Shown piece after piece: positions 10,928-24,810 of a stretch of DNA of 64,000 nt. This stretch comes from Azolla caroliniana (Eukaryota; Plantae; Polypodiophyta): the NCBI GenBank assembly GCA_043228905.1, contig JBHGNT010000013.1:12648001-12712000 (forward strand), written 5' to 3'. The notes under the pieces were generated by a model. That model made no database searches and had not been told where the DNA came from. It was given only the letters and a program-made list of their open reading frames with translations. How positions within the stretch are numbered: the stretch's first letter is position 1; each line of letters starts with the position of its first letter. Both the position numbers and the translations under genes were made by a program.

Positions 10928-11559
10928 CTATTTATACTGTAAGTTGAAGTACATGCATTAGAATATTTTGAAGAGCATTCTACAACCTTCTAGAACTTTG
11001 GATCTTTCTAGAACTTTGTAGATGTCTAGAGAGTATACCTAGATCCCCGGGGATTCCACTCTATATAAGACGGTTGTATCACGTGCGTTCATGAAATCAT
11101 TTATAAACCCCTTATACGTATGGTTTTTACTATTTTAGTGACCCTTTTGTAGAAAAAAGATTAATAAAAATACCGCTTATTAGCAATATGTTTTTTGATA
11201 ACCACCCATTTTAAATACCCTTGAATATAAAATATACATGCACACATTATTATACCAATGGCACAAAATGAGAGAGAACACTCTTGTATTCAATAGAAAT
11301 GAAAAGGTAAATGGCAATTACTAACTAATGACCTAGTCCTTCCCCATTGGGAACACCCCTTGAGAATCACAACTACTTCTTTAAATAGAATTTTATTGGG
11401 AGCTCAAATGTTTGTGAGATGAAACGTTTGTGCTTCCAAGATTTATTTTAATATTCTACTCTTTTATTTTATGTAATTGTAACGGTTGTAACACTCTCTC
11501 GCTAGTGGAGAGAGTTTCAACCTCGAAACTATTGCATAAAGGTTCCTAAGTCTGGGGCT

Positions 11560-13789
11560 TTGGTTGTTGTAGAGGCTCAAGTAGCCATTCAAACCTTGCT
11601 TGTAGCAACGCTTCTTCAGTTACCCACGATGCTTCGGATAAGGGTTTCCCTCGCCACTTGATGAAGTAGCATCTTCTCCCTTTACGAACTTGGGCATGAG
11701 GCCCCGAGGTAATGACCAACTAGCCGAATTGACAACTTACAAGTACTAAATCCCTTGGATAAAACTCCACATGTTCCCGTTTCTTATTGACACGATTGAT
11801 CATCTGTGAATTTATTTTTATGAGATGCTCTTGTGTTGCTTGTATCCGGTCCTTCCATTCCTCCAAAAAATGAGATACATCTAATTCCTCCACTTGTGTC
11901 TTCTTATTTGTATGCAATAAAGCAATCGGTGTGAGGACTTCTTTACCTGTGCCGAGCTCAAATGGAGAGAATCCCATTGCTGAATGGATTGCAACATTGT
12001 AACAAAATTCGAGCATGTCAACATGTTTCACCTAGTCCGACTGATCCGCTTTGACATAACATCGAATGTAGTCTTCAATGCCTTGATTGAGTCTCTCGGT
12101 TTGCCCGTCTGTTTGCGGGTGTGCAAATGATGACATACGGAGTTGTGTGCCTAGAATCCAAAACAATTCTTGCCAAAATCCACCAGTGAAACTTGGATCC
12201 CTATCTAATACTATGATTTCTGGTAGCCCGTGATACTTAAAAACATGTTTAAAAAACAAGTGTGCTACATGTTGCGTTGTTAGAGGTGGCTTTGCTGGCA
12301 CAAAGTGGGCTTGTTTAGAAAAGAAATCCACAATGACCATAAGGATGCAAAACCCCTTGGATGAGGGTAGATCAATTATAAAATCCATGTTTATTACATC
12401 CCATGGACGGGATGGTACCGGCATCTGTTGTAGTAGCCCGAGCGCTTTTCCTCACCTAGCTTTCACGGCTTGACATACCCGTCATGATCGTTTATAGTCG
12501 ATGATCTCATGTTCCATTCTTGGCCACACGAAGAACTTTTTAACAGATTTTAATGTGCGCTTTTGTCCTCAATGCCTGGCCATGTGGCAATTGTGCGATT
12601 CGCTTAGAATCTTGCCTTTAGTGGTATATTATTAGGGATTACTATTTTATCAGCACTCCACAATAACCCGTCCTACAAATTGTACATTCCATGAGTTATG
12701 CTCCCATTCATGACTTTGGTTATTAATTCGCGCATCTTTGCATCCTCTTTTTGTGCTTGTCGTACTTCGTCTATCCATCCTTGAGCCGAGATGACAGAAA
12801 TATGGAGGATGCGTGGCAATCGACTTAGTGCATCAGGTAATGTGTGCAACTTACCTTTTTTATGTACAATCTCCAAATCAAATTCTACTAACATATCTTG
12901 CCATCTTATTGTTTTGCTGAAAGTCGTGGTTGTGTCAAAAAATATTGCAAGGAGATGTTGTCGGTCACTACCCGTGTAAAATTTATCTTGTATGTAGTGC
13001 CACCACTTCTGAAGTGCATAAACTATTGCCAACATTTCCTTCTCATGTGTGGGCCACCGACTTTCTATCGCTGAAAACTTTTTTGACTCATAGGCAATCA
13101 GATGATCATCCTGCATAAGGACAACCCCATAAGCAAAATCAGAAGCATTAGTGTGAATTTCAAACGGTTTTGAAAAGTCTGGGAGTTGAAGAACACACTA
13201 CCTTCTTCAATTGCTCGAAGGCATGTTGTTCACGTTCGGACCAACAGAACATTTGTGAGCCTTTGATGAGATTCGTCAGTGGAGTTGCGATTTGACTATA
13301 GTTTTTAATAAACCTTCTCACATACTGGACGAAGCCTATGAATTTCTGCACTTCAACGACTTTGGTAGGTCGTGGCCATTCTTGAACTGCATTTACCTTC
13401 GCCGGATCCATCTTGAGCCCTTCTCTTCCTATTCGGAATCCTAGGAACTCAATCTCCTCCATAGTGAACTCGCACTTCTCGGGTTTTGCGTATAATTGAT
13501 GCTCCCGTAATCATTGCAGCACATTGGTGACATGTTGTTTATGTTCCTCAAAAGTCTTACTGAAAATGAACAAATCATCATTGTAAATTATCACAAATTT
13601 ATCCAAATAATCCCTAAATTTTTTATTTCCAAGCCTACAGAAGGTTCCGGGTGCTCCTGTCAAACCGAAACTCATCACTAGCCATTCAAAAGCGCCATAT
13701 CTCGTCTTGAATGATGTCTTCTCAATATCCTCCGTAGCTATGTGGATTTGATGATACCCTGATCTGAGATCTATGCAAGAGAATAACGG
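11560..13789 (-). pseudogene. pol: pol remnant (RT C-half, RNase H, integrase, chromodomain) of the chromovirus; N-part at 20871-21265
   Basis: ORF fragments 11720-13462 with stops and frameshifts; RT is split by the nested element just after LLDQLQGAR. Confidence 0.88.
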
Positions 13790-16700
13790 TGTCATGAAGA
13801 AAACCGTCCCCAGGCGCAAACCGTGTATAGCGTGTGTGAACCGGCCCTTACACGTGGGGCACGCCCCTTGTTGTATAGTAGATAGGTAGGCACAAAAGTC
13901 GAATCCTAGGTAGCAATATTCTATAGGGAGAATCGAGGAGTATCTCTGTCCGAAAGGACAGAGAATTAATGTGATGTAAACGGGTGAAACGGCCTCCCTC
14001 CTTGAGCTATAAAAGAGAGGGAGACGGGGAGAGAAGGTATTGCGCGCTAGAGGGGACGAAGTGCTGTCGGACTGGGACCGAGCTCTTCTTCTCTGTCGTT
14101 CTCCATAGCTTTTTTTTGCGCAGGTTCTCAGGAGGCTGATTCTGCTCCGTGGAACGCCCGTGTGCTTCCGACAGAATATCCATCTTGCTCCCCTGTGTGC
14201 GTGGGTGATCAGGCGTCGACATCCATCTCGTCGACCTAATCGGCTGTAACCGTTCGAGTCGTCCGCATACATACAAATACATACGTATTTTTATATACAT
14301 ACGCTAGTGTTCTCAACTCGTGTCTCCTGTGTTGATTGGGCCGCGTCCCCGTGCGCTTCTTTGTCTATACATGTGTGTGAGCATCTCTCTCTTTCTCCCT
14401 CTTTTCTCACCTATTCCTCGGTCCAAGACCCCAGTGGTTCTGCCTTGTTCTCCACGCACGCGCGTAGCAAATCGACATCTTTTGGTGAACCCGACGTGAA
14501 CAGGCGGCAGAGGAGTAGAAGATGAGGGGGTCAGACTTCGCAGAAGCCATGGCTTCGGCTGTGGACCGTATAGTGAGTGCACGTGAAGGAACCGGCGCCC
14601 TTGATAGGGCTATCGAGGCGGTTGTCGGTACGATCAGCCGGTTTAGTGGGAAGGATGCCACGAGCTACTTGGCGTCCTACCGGGCTGAGATGGTAATAAG
14701 GGACATTCTGGAAGAGAGGCGCCTAGCCGGATTCCCTCGAGTGGCGATGCCGGGTATCCATACGGAGGTGCTCGAGGTACGGGCCGAGAGCCGGACCTGG
14801 GAGGAGTTCGAAGGTCGGCTCCTCGAAAAATACGGGCTTGAAAATGTGCTTCGACTTTCGAAGCGGGACTTCATGGAGTGGGTGGAGACCCCCGACAAAG
14901 GAAAGAACGCGTCGGTGCTCCTCCGGGAGTTTGAGGAACGCTTCGCACGCCTCTCGGTGCTTGACCGGACCATTCTGGACACAAGTCGTGTCCTATTGTT
15001 TGTTAAGTCAGTTGACGAGCGGGATCAGGAGCAAGTAGGCCTCCTATTGGAGACTGATGACGGGCTGACGACCGACTGGGCCGTGGTGAAGAGGGTCTGT
15101 GGCCGTTTCGACAAACGGCGGGAATGGGTTGACAAAGGATCGACAGGGGCGGGCTCTGTCGCAGCAAGGAAGCTCGAGCCAACACCACCAACGCGAAGGG
15201 AAGAGACCCGAGATTGGCTCGAGACCGGATCGGTTTCAACCGGCATGGTCAAGGGCTCGCCCGGGGAAGCAGCTTTGGAGGAACTGACGCGGATGGTAAA
15301 GGATCTCCAGATCGCCTAGGCATGGAGGGACGGTGGCGAACAGGCCCGTGACCGATGACCTCTGGCTGGAAACAGGTGCATGTGGTGTGACACGGTTGGC
15401 CACATCTGGAAGGACTGCGGGGACTTCGTCGAGGCGATGAGAAGCAACGTGGTGTACTTGTGGAACGGTCGGGTGCACGCCAGCGAGACCCGAAGGCCCC
15501 TGGACCTGAACGTCGGGCGAGGAGGTATGAAAAGGCTGACGGAGGAGGCGGCGGCTCGTCACGCGGAGACCGTCCACTACTCGGCGTCAGCTGGTATTCG
15601 GGTCGGAGGTGACGAGGCCCCGAAGACGAACAAAGCCGGGTTCTGGCCGACGATGCTAGAAGGCCTCGCCGACGCACGACTAAGGAAAGAAGAGGCGGAC
15701 CGCATGGAAAAACGGGTCCGGGAGGTAATCGTGTGGAGTGACCCGGTGGAAGAAAAGACGGGCTTCGTCGAAGCCGCTTGTCAAAACTACGAGGCTTTGG
15801 TGGAGGACAAGCGGGTAGGAAAAACCGGAGGGGCCGGGCCCTCGCAACGATATGAAACTCGATTCGGGCAAAGGGGGAATGAGGCCGCTGTAACCGGCGC
15901 CCAGGATAATCCCAAGAAGGGCGGGTACCGGTTGGGCACAGAAATCGAAAGATCCACGAACCTGCGAAAGGTCCTGGAAGAACGAATCCTCGACAGCAAG
16001 GTGGAACTGTCGCTGAGGGAAGTGCTCGGGATCGCCAAGAAGGAGTTCCACGACTCCATTGTAGACTTGGTGAAGAGGAAGAGGCTGTCGACGGAGACAG
16101 AACCGGAGAAGCCGGTGGAGGTGCGGACGACGCACATAGAGGACATGGCGCTGGAAGACGAGTTGGCGGAGAGCCACTATTCGAGGCCGCACTAGGCCAG
16201 AGCGACCACGGAGACCCCTGTGAAGATCGGAGATGTTCATGAACCGGTGGTGGCGTTGGTGGACCATAGTTCAGAAATCAATTTGATGTCCATGGACTTC
16301 TACAAGACAGGGAAATGGCCGATCAACACCAAGCACGGGTGGAAAATACGGGCAACGACACGTGCCACCAAAGAACTGCATGGAGCCTGCCCGAATGTAC
16401 GAGTAAAGATTGGCGATGTCGAGATTGACTAGCACTTCTTCGTGCAGTAGACGTCCTCACATCCGGTTATACTAGGAGAACCGTACATCACGACAGCACG
16501 GATGGAGACCAAGGTGCTGGACAACGGCTCGGCCTATGCAAGGGTCAAGAGCCAGGATGGGCGTCACTCGATCCAGTTCCTGACGGTGAGACCGAACCAT
16601 GAGCGGAACTGCGAGACCCTCGAGGCCGAAAGCTGAGAGAATTTATAGAGAGGGCTATCAAGGCGTGGGGCCGCGATAGTCCGGACACTCCGGGAAAACC

Positions 16701-19700
16701 CCACAAGTGTACGATAGCCAAGAAGACCTGTACTATAAGTAGGAAATTTTGGTTCTCCGACAACGGAGGGTGTACGATAGTCGAAGTCGTTGGCTGGAAG
16801 AAGAAAAGGGCAGAGGAGCGACTTCGAGCATGTGTTTTCCTCGGCCCTGGAGAGGAAATCAACGGAGCCGTCGAGGCGGTCTCTTTCGACGATACCTTGG
16901 GGGAGCTGCGAGAGGTAGTCGGAGGAGTCCTTAAAGAGGACCGGACGATTCCGGTATGTTCGGAAAGGATGTACGAAGTCATCGCGGACTTCAGTAGAGG
17001 GCTCGAGTCGGATCGGACGGCCCGGGTGGACACGAGGTACAAGACTATGGACCGGAAGGTGAGGCCAGTTGCGACTCCCTTGCCGAAGGGCAGCGAGTTG
17101 CGAATAAAGGGGGTTGCGTCGGACCCGAGTTTACGAAATCCGGCCCGCATAGGACACACGTTCACCGACATAACGTTACGTGAGCTCAAAATCGCTGGGG
17201 GCGGCTTCCTACTGCTGGCGGAAGAGGACCGGTTTCGGGGAATGCTCGGAAGGCACGGGAAGGCTTTCGCATTCTCACCGGAGGAGATCGGGTGCATAGA
17301 CCCAACAGTCGTAGAACCGATGGTGATATTCACGATTCCAGTACCCAGAGCTCACATCCCGAAGCTGATGGAGGTGTTAAAGTAGAAGGTCGAGATAGGC
17401 ATCCTCGAACCATCGAGTGCCCCATACACGAATCGGTGGTTTACCGTGCCGAAGAAGGACGGCACGCTGCGCTTTATTCAAGACCTGCAACCGGTCAACA
17501 AGGTGACCATTCGAAATGCAGGAATCGGACCGACAATAGACAAGTTCGCGGAGGCCTTCGCCGGAAGGTCGATTTACTTGGTCGGTGATCTCTACTCGGG
17601 GTACGATCAGTTCCAGCTAGCCATAGAGAGCAGAGACATCACGACAATGCGAACTCCTCTCGGCCTAGTACGGATGTGTACCCTACCACAAGGAGGGACG
17701 AACTCGGTGGCTCACATGGTGAACGCAATGAACAAGGTGCTGAGGGATTGTATCCCGGACATCACCATGCCATTTTTGGACGACATCCCGATCAAGGGAT
17801 GCCCGGTGGAGGAAAAGGACGAGACGATCGGACCGGACGGGTGCCGGAAATTCGTGGCGACGCACATCGATGACTGAGAGAAGGTGCTGCAGAGGTTAGA
17901 GGGCGCGAGGCTCACCTTCTCCGGGGGAAAATCGGCCTTCGGGCAATCAGAGATCATGGTCGTCGGACACCTATGCGGGTCGTACGGTCGGAAACACGGA
18001 GGTTCGGAGGTTCTTGGGATGAAGCCATCTCCGCGATGAAGCACGACTGTAGCTCGGTCACGGAGGTTCAGAGGTTCTTGGGAGCATGCGCGTTCTACCA
18101 CATATGGATCCTGCATTACGCCCATGTCGCGGAGCCGTTATACGGGTTGCTAAAAAAAAGGCGAAAATTTGAGTGGAGAGACGAGCATACGGAGTCTGTC
18201 CGAAAGATAAAGGAAGCATTTGCCGCAGCTCCGGCGCTCCGAAAGGCTGTCTACGGAAAAAACACTCCAATTTACGTAACGGTAGACACGAGTCCGACCG
18301 GGATCGGATGGGTCGTTAACCAAGAGGACGAGGAGAGCATGCGTTTCCCGATCCAGTTCAGCGCGAAGGTCCTTAGCGAGCGACAACGAGGATATGCCCA
18401 GGTTAAACGCGAGCTCTGGGTATCGTTTCGGCAGTAAAGGCCGATAAAGACTACCTGATCGGGACAAAGGTAATGATCGAGATGGACTGCCTGCCAATTC
18501 TTGGCATGGTTTCCGGATGCGCGACGCCGGACCTAGCAATGCTCAGGTGGATAGCGTACATCAAGTCCCTGAATCCGGAAATACGACACATTTCCGGGAA
18601 AGACAATGCCATGGCCGACATGCTTTCAAGGGCGAGGTTTGAAAACGCGGGCGGCATGGTTTCGGAGGACGAGGAAGTCGGCGTGGACTTCTTCGAGGCG
18701 GCTTACGTAACAACCGGCAGGGAATGCACTCCAACGCTTAACGATTTCGACGAGAGCAAGTACAACGGGGAGTGGCTACAGATCGGCGGGTTCCTGAAAA
18801 CAATGACACCGGACGCGGCATGGACAAAGGATGAGACCAACCGGATTCGGAAGAAAGCGTACCGATTCTTTCTCCGGGACGGGTACATATGGAAGCATCC
18901 GAAGAAGAGGAACGACATCCCGCTCCGAGTGGTGGCGAAAAAGGAGGAACAGGAGGATTTGTTGGCGGCGTACCACGATAGTCCTTGGGCGGGATACCGT
19001 GGAACGTGGGCCACGTTCGAAAAGCTAAAGGGGAAGTACTAATGGCCGGGACTATACCGGGACGTGCATCGGTTCGTGACGACTTGCGAAAGCTGTCAGG
19101 CGCACTCCATGATCCAACACCGGGACGAGCTTCACCCGACCTACCCTCCGACCGTCCACTTCAAGTGGATGGTGGATTTGGTGACGATGCCAATGGGGGT
19201 AGGACAGATGCGGTATCTGGTGCTGGCTCGGGAGGATCTAACGAACCAGGTTAAAGGCCGAGCCCTGCAGAACAAGACGACTGCAGCCGTGTGCCGGTTT
19301 TTGATTGAGGACGTGGTATGTCAATACGGGTGCGTAGGGAAGATCGTGGCCGACCGTGGTGAGTTGGACACAGAAGAGGCCGAAGAGTTGTTCGATCGGC
19401 TAGGAGCCAAAATTTCGCTCACCACAGCGTACAATCCGGAGGCGAACGGGAAGGTAGAGAGCGGACACGGGCCGGTTGTCAAAGCGCTAGTACGGGCGTG
19501 CGGAGGCCAAGTCCGGAACTGGCCACGGCTGCTGCCTTATGCCTTGTGGGCGGACCGGACTACGCACAGTTTGGTAACCGGGTTCATGCCGGCAGAGCTT
19601 ATGTTCGGACAGAAGCCGATCATGCCAACAAAGCGAACGATCTCCTCGTGGGCCACGGTGGACTGGAGGGATGAGATGAGCAAGGAGGAACTGTTGGCGG

Positions 19701-20870
19701 CGCGGATTCGACAGCTCGAGCGGAGGCCGGAGGACGTAGAGCGAGCCGCGGAGAAACTTCGGGTAGCGAGGATAAGGAACAAAGCCCAGTTCGACCGAAC
19801 ACACCGGCTCCGGCCAAGGAAGACCGAGGAAGGCGACTGGGTGCTCTACGACAGCAACCTCGACAACTAGCACAGGGCCACACGGAAGTTTGCGAGGAGG
19901 TGGTTCGGGCCTTACGTAGTAACAGGCGCCAACGACAATGGAACGTACCATCTCGCAGAGCTCGACGGTACGAGAATGGCGATACCGGTAGCGGGGAAGA
20001 GGATCAAAGCGTTCAAGAAACGACACGACAGTGAGCCGGAGCTAGGGGGCATGGACAGCAACGACGAGCAGCCCGAGGCGGAGGACGAACCGGTAAACGA
20101 GGAATAAAAGCAAGGACCGGTTTTCTCCAGTAGGAACCCAATTTTGGTGCATACCGGTGGATGCGCGGTTAGGTGGGGGCGGATGTCGTGAAGAAAACTG
20201 TCCCCAGGCGCAAACCGTGTATAGCGTGTGTGAACCGGCCCTTACACGTGGGCACGCCCCTTGTTGTATAGTAGATAGGTAGGCACAAAAGTCGAATCCT
20301 AGGTAGCAATATTCTATAGGGAGAATCGAGGAGTATCTCTGTCCGAAAGGACAGAGAATTAATGTGATGTAAACGGGTGAAACGGCCTCCCTCCTTGAGC
20401 TATAAAAGAGAGGGAGACGGGGAGAGAAGGTATCGCGCGCTAGAGGGGACGAAGTGTTGTCGGACTGGGACCGAGCTCTTCTTCTCTGTCGTTCTCCATA
20501 GCTTTCTTTTGCGCAGGTTCTCAGGAGGTTGATTCTGCTCCGTGGAACGCCCGTGTGCTTCCGGCAGAATCTCCATCTTGCTCCCCTGTGTGCGTGGGTG
20601 ATCAGGCGTCGGCATCCATCTCGCCGACCTGATCGGCTGTAACCGTTCGAGTCGTCCGCATACATACAAATACATACATATTTTTATATACATACGCTAG
20701 TGTTCTCAACTCGTGTCTCCTATGTTGATTGGGCCGCGTCCCCGTGCGCTTCTTTGTCTATACGTGTGTGTGAGCGTCTCTCTCTTTCTCCCTCTTTTCT
20801 CACTTATTCCTCGGTCCAAGACCCCAGTGGTCCCGCCTTGTTCTCCACGCACGCGCGTAGTAACTCGACA
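13790..20870 (+). mobile_element. Nested full-length Ty3/gypsy LTR retrotransposon with tRNA-Trp PBS
   Basis: LTRs 13790-14477 and 20184-20870 (TG...CA), PBS TGGTGAACCCGACGTGAA 14483-14500 complementary to the plant tRNA-Trp 3' end, PPT AGGTGGGGGCGGA, TSD ACGG/ACGA. Confidence 0.95.
14522..20107 (+). pseudogene. gag-pol: gag-pol (zinc knuckle, protease, RT, RNase H, integrase) with several stops and frameshifts
   Basis: CMWCDTVGHIWKDC knuckle, LVDHSSEINL protease, DLYSGYDQF and FLDD RT, VDTS RNase H, AYNPEANGKVE integrase, WFGPY motif. Confidence 0.92.
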
Positions 20871-22379
20871 ACGAGCTCCTTGTAGTTGATCCAGGAGGTC
20901 GAAAATCAAAGGTAATGGGTATTTATTTTTTATGATGATTTTGTTGAGAGACCTGTAATCCATGCACATACACAGTGCCCATCTTTCGTTGCCACCAAAA
21001 TGACGGGCACACCGTAAGGTGATTGGTTTGGTCTGATGAATCCCCATGCTTCTAACTTTGGTAATTGTTGTTTTAACTCTGCTAATTGAGCAAAATTCAT
21101 TTGGTAAGGAGCTTTTACAGGTGGTATGCTTCCTGGAATGGTTGGGATTTTATGATCAATTGACCTTTGTGGTGGAAGAGTTTTGGGTAGCTCCGTTGTT
21201 AATACATCCTTGTATTGCTTTAATATTTCCTTCATATTCTTTGCCCTTAGTTCTTCCTTCCTCATTGTTGTTGATGCTTGCAGGGCCGTGCAAAGAAAGA
21301 GTTAACCACCCTTCTTTAAGACTTGATTTGCTACTTTTGTTGTGCAAAGTTTTGTGGTCACGGTTGTTGTTTTTGCCTTTGCATTTCTCCTATGCATATT
21401 TACAATGATGCTTGCCTTCCCATCTTCTTCCCACCATTGGTTAGATAAAAGAGATAGAGAGAAAAAATTAGTCTACTATCTTTGTGGTTACCTTGACTCC
21501 TCCCGTGGTGTCGTGTGCCACTTCTTCAATCTCTTCTTGGTGGAATGGCTCGCCAATCCTAACCTGGCTCTGATACCAAGTATTATACTAATGGCACAAA
21601 ATGAGAGAGAACACTCTTGTATTCAATAGAAATGAAAAGGTAAATGGTAATTACTAATTAATGACCTAGTCCTTCCCCATTGGGAACACCCCTTGAGAAT
21701 CACAACTACTTTAAATAGAATTTTATTGGGAGCTCAAACGTTCGTGAGATGAAACGTTTGTGCTTCCAAGATTTATTTTAATATTCTACTCTTTTATTTT
21801 ATGTAATTGTAATAGTTGTAACACACATAGTTTCCAATCCTAGAAGGGATCAATTACCGCCTTTACAATTGATGACACGCAAAATTATGAATGAACATTA
21901 AACATCATATGCAATTCCTAGAAATGCTTCAAGTGCCACATAGATTGAAAACACAATGTGTAAAGTACAAAGTAATGCACACACAATTACGAAACATTAC
22001 CCAAAAACACTAGAGGTATAACATATATAAGCCACATAAGGTTTTTTTTTAGTTTATAGAGACATGAAGAATATAGAGTGATAAAAAACAATGTGATTTA
22101 CAATAAAACAATCTTGAACTTGACATATATATCTCAAAGAGCACACATGGAACAATCCAAAATGCATATCAATAATGAAATTACTAACAAATTAACATTA
22201 TGTTTGGTTTCATGGATAGACTCATATGAAGCCATAACATTGTTTTTTCTCAAACACATTGATCAAACAAATGGCAACTTATTTTATATTTCTATTTGAA
22301 ATGTAAGTCATCATGTATTCATATATTCTTACCCAAATCAAAATGAAATAAAATAAATCATTTTGTTATGGCAATGTCT

Positions 22380-23450
22380 ACTTAAAAAACTTATTGCAAT
22401 AAAGGTTACCCTCATAAAGACCAACTAGATAGAAAGAAAACCTAAGAAGTTTCCTTTCTCTCAAATCTCTTTGTATTGCTTAATGATGGTCCATCTAAAT
22501 TTTTAGAAACAAAATTGTGTAATCTTGATCCACCCCACATTTTAATCATGAAACAAAATTGCCTTAGATGTTTCTTTAAATCGTTGTCCATGTGGCTTTC
22601 GAGTAAGGTTTTGTGCAACATCTGTCAAGAAATCCCATAATGCATTCTTTCCACCAAATTTTCCAGCTCAATGAGCCTCAATAATGTTATAACAAAATCT
22701 TCGAACATCATTCCATTCCACACTCTCAAGGGATGCTTCCTTGAGAGTCATTACCTTTACCGAAAGCATTGCAACTTTGCCAGCTAGCCACCATATTTGT
22801 CTATGAGTGCGATGGATGGTTTGATTAGAACTTGACATAATCATTACATTTCAGAATTTCATTACATTTTTCAAATGTAAGATTATGAAACGGTTCTTCA
22901 ATCTTTGATACTCTTTTACAATCAAAATGGTGAAAGCATCCATCAATAACACACTCTTGCGTCTCATACATCACAACAACTTTGGTGTAAGTCTTAGAGA
23001 ACCATAAGGTTCCATGATTTTGATCTATGAGAAATGATTTTACATGTATTTCTTCATCATTTATCACTATGTTGTTATGCCAATATCCCCAACACAATAG
23101 TTACAAACCAAAATAATGTAGAGTAGAGAACTCACATTCTGGACTAGATGAAGGTCGCAAGGTTGAAACAAGAAATTTGCTCAAGGTTTGTTGATTTGAA
23201 AGTAAAGCTTCTTGTTTTCATGGATGACCTAGAAATCCACTCATTATTGGTGTACGAGCATGTCAAACCATCTCCATTGCCTTTAGATGGGTCTTGGATT
23301 GTATGTGTTGAGACAAAATTGTTGACAAATCACTCCGTCGAGGGCATAATGGTAACCAAGATCCATCAATCTTGTATTTCACCTTCACCATTGCCTTATC
23401 TTTATATCCATGAAGTGTTGCCTCTATTAAATCAAATTCTACATCTATAA
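22380..23450 (-). pseudogene. Decayed DNA-transposase-like coding remnant (possibly P/THAP9-like N-terminal region)
   Basis: Manual translation RKPHGQRFKETSKAIL/FMIKMWGGSRLHNFVSKNLDGPSLS resembles the GxRY...LPSxST pre-catalytic segment of P-like transposases. Contains stops and frameshifts. Confidence 0.4.
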
Positions 23451-24040
23451 AAATACAGTTTTCACATATATTAGCATATTATTCATAACTACAATCATAG
23501 ATTGACACATGCGTCATATTCGTCATATTCTCCATGCGCCATATTCTTAATATTCGAGAATACCAAATGGCCCCAAGAATATTATAAAACCATTCGTTTT
23601 ACAAAATAAATATGCAAAATATTTATTTATTCATTTTTATATTTAAATAAATTTAATTCACTAAAATAAGAACAATCATTCATTAATGGGTGAAAGCATG
23701 CGAGTGGAAACAATTAGCTATGTCCTTGACATAGCTAATTAGCTATGCAAAAAGCTACCATTGATAAATAGTCATTTTAGTAAAAAGCCATCATTAATAA
23801 ATTAAGTATGCAAAAAACTACCATTGAAAATACTAGAGTGTTTTAATTACATATGTAAATGAGTGCCATAAATGTGCAACATAAATTGATGTGTGCACCA
23901 TAAATGTGTACCATAAATTATATATCGAATTCCTAGGTCCATTATGCATGATCCTTTGCCACATCACGTAGGCCATCTCTAGTTGAGTACTGTGGGTTAG
24001 TTGCTACCACTGTTGCTAAACCCTATCGAGTCCACCTGCC

Positions 24041-24810
24041 GCCACTCTACACTGAGGGGCCGCTACTGTGCGTTCCAAGCATCATCAAAGAGCTGCTCAA
24101 TCTGACGGGGTTCTCTTCTCTGTGACACTCTACACTCAGGGGCCACTACTGTGCATTCCAAGCATCATCAAAGAGCTGTTCAATCTGAGGGGGTTCTCTT
24201 CTCTGTGCCACTCTACACTCAGGGGCCATTACTGTGCGTTCCAAGCATCATCAAAGAGCTGTTCAATCTGAGGGGGTTCTCTTCTCTGTGCCACTCTACA
24301 CTCAGGGGCCATTACTGTGCGTTCCAAGCATCATCAAAGAGCTGTTCAATCTGAGGGGGTTCTCTTCTCTGTGCCACTCTACACTCAGGGGCCGCTGCTG
24401 TGCGTTCGAAGCATCATCAAAGAGCTGTTCAATCTGACGGGGTTCTCTTCTCTTTGCCACTCTACACTCAGGGGTTGCTACTGTGCGTTCCAAGCATAAT
24501 CAAAGAGCTATTCAATCTGACGGGGTTCTCTTCTCTTTTCCACTCTCACTCAGGGGCCGCTACTGTGCGTTTCAAGCATCATTGGTAACTGTTCAATCTG
24601 ACGGGGTTCTCTTCTCTATGCCACTCTATTCTCAAGTGCCTTCTATGTGCGTTTCAAGCATCATCGGTAACTGTTCAATCTGACGGGGTTCTCTCCTCCA
24701 TTGCCATCATTCTATACTCAATTGCCACTACTGTCCAGTCCCGGATTGCTTCCACATTTCGATTTGACGGAGTTCACTCATCCAACGGCAACATTCTACA
24801 CTCAGTTGTT
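24041..24810. repeat. 83-bp tandem repeat, about 9 copies, upstream of the transposase
   Basis: Unit CCACTCTACACTCAGGGGCC...TCTCTTCTCTGTG with period 83; degenerates rightward. Confidence 0.96.

Larger units (their letters stand above)
11248..21823 (-). mobile_element. Ty3/gypsy chromovirus LTR retrotransposon, decayed, gag/protease largely missing
   Basis: LTRs 11248-11493 and 21581-21823, perfect TSD CACAT, PBS TGGTATCAGAG (tRNA-iMet). RT (DLRSGYHQI, YNDD), RNase H, integrase (HPQTDGQTER) and chromodomain (YFIKWRG...ASW, about 11610-11690). Confidence 0.93.

Noticed and set aside
13511-14272. 253-aa ORF and its twin at 20042-20665 as novel genes
   Set aside because: Antisense read-through of the nested LTR fused by chance to host RT or flanking sequence.
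14677-20026. Many overlapping antisense ORFs in the GC-rich gypsy
   Set aside because: Shadow frames of gag-pol with no independent motifs.
24041-24810. CRISPR-like appearance of the 83-bp array (also the 48-bp and 20-bp arrays)
   Set aside because: Whole units repeat with no unique spacers, there are no cas genes, and the context is eukaryotic.
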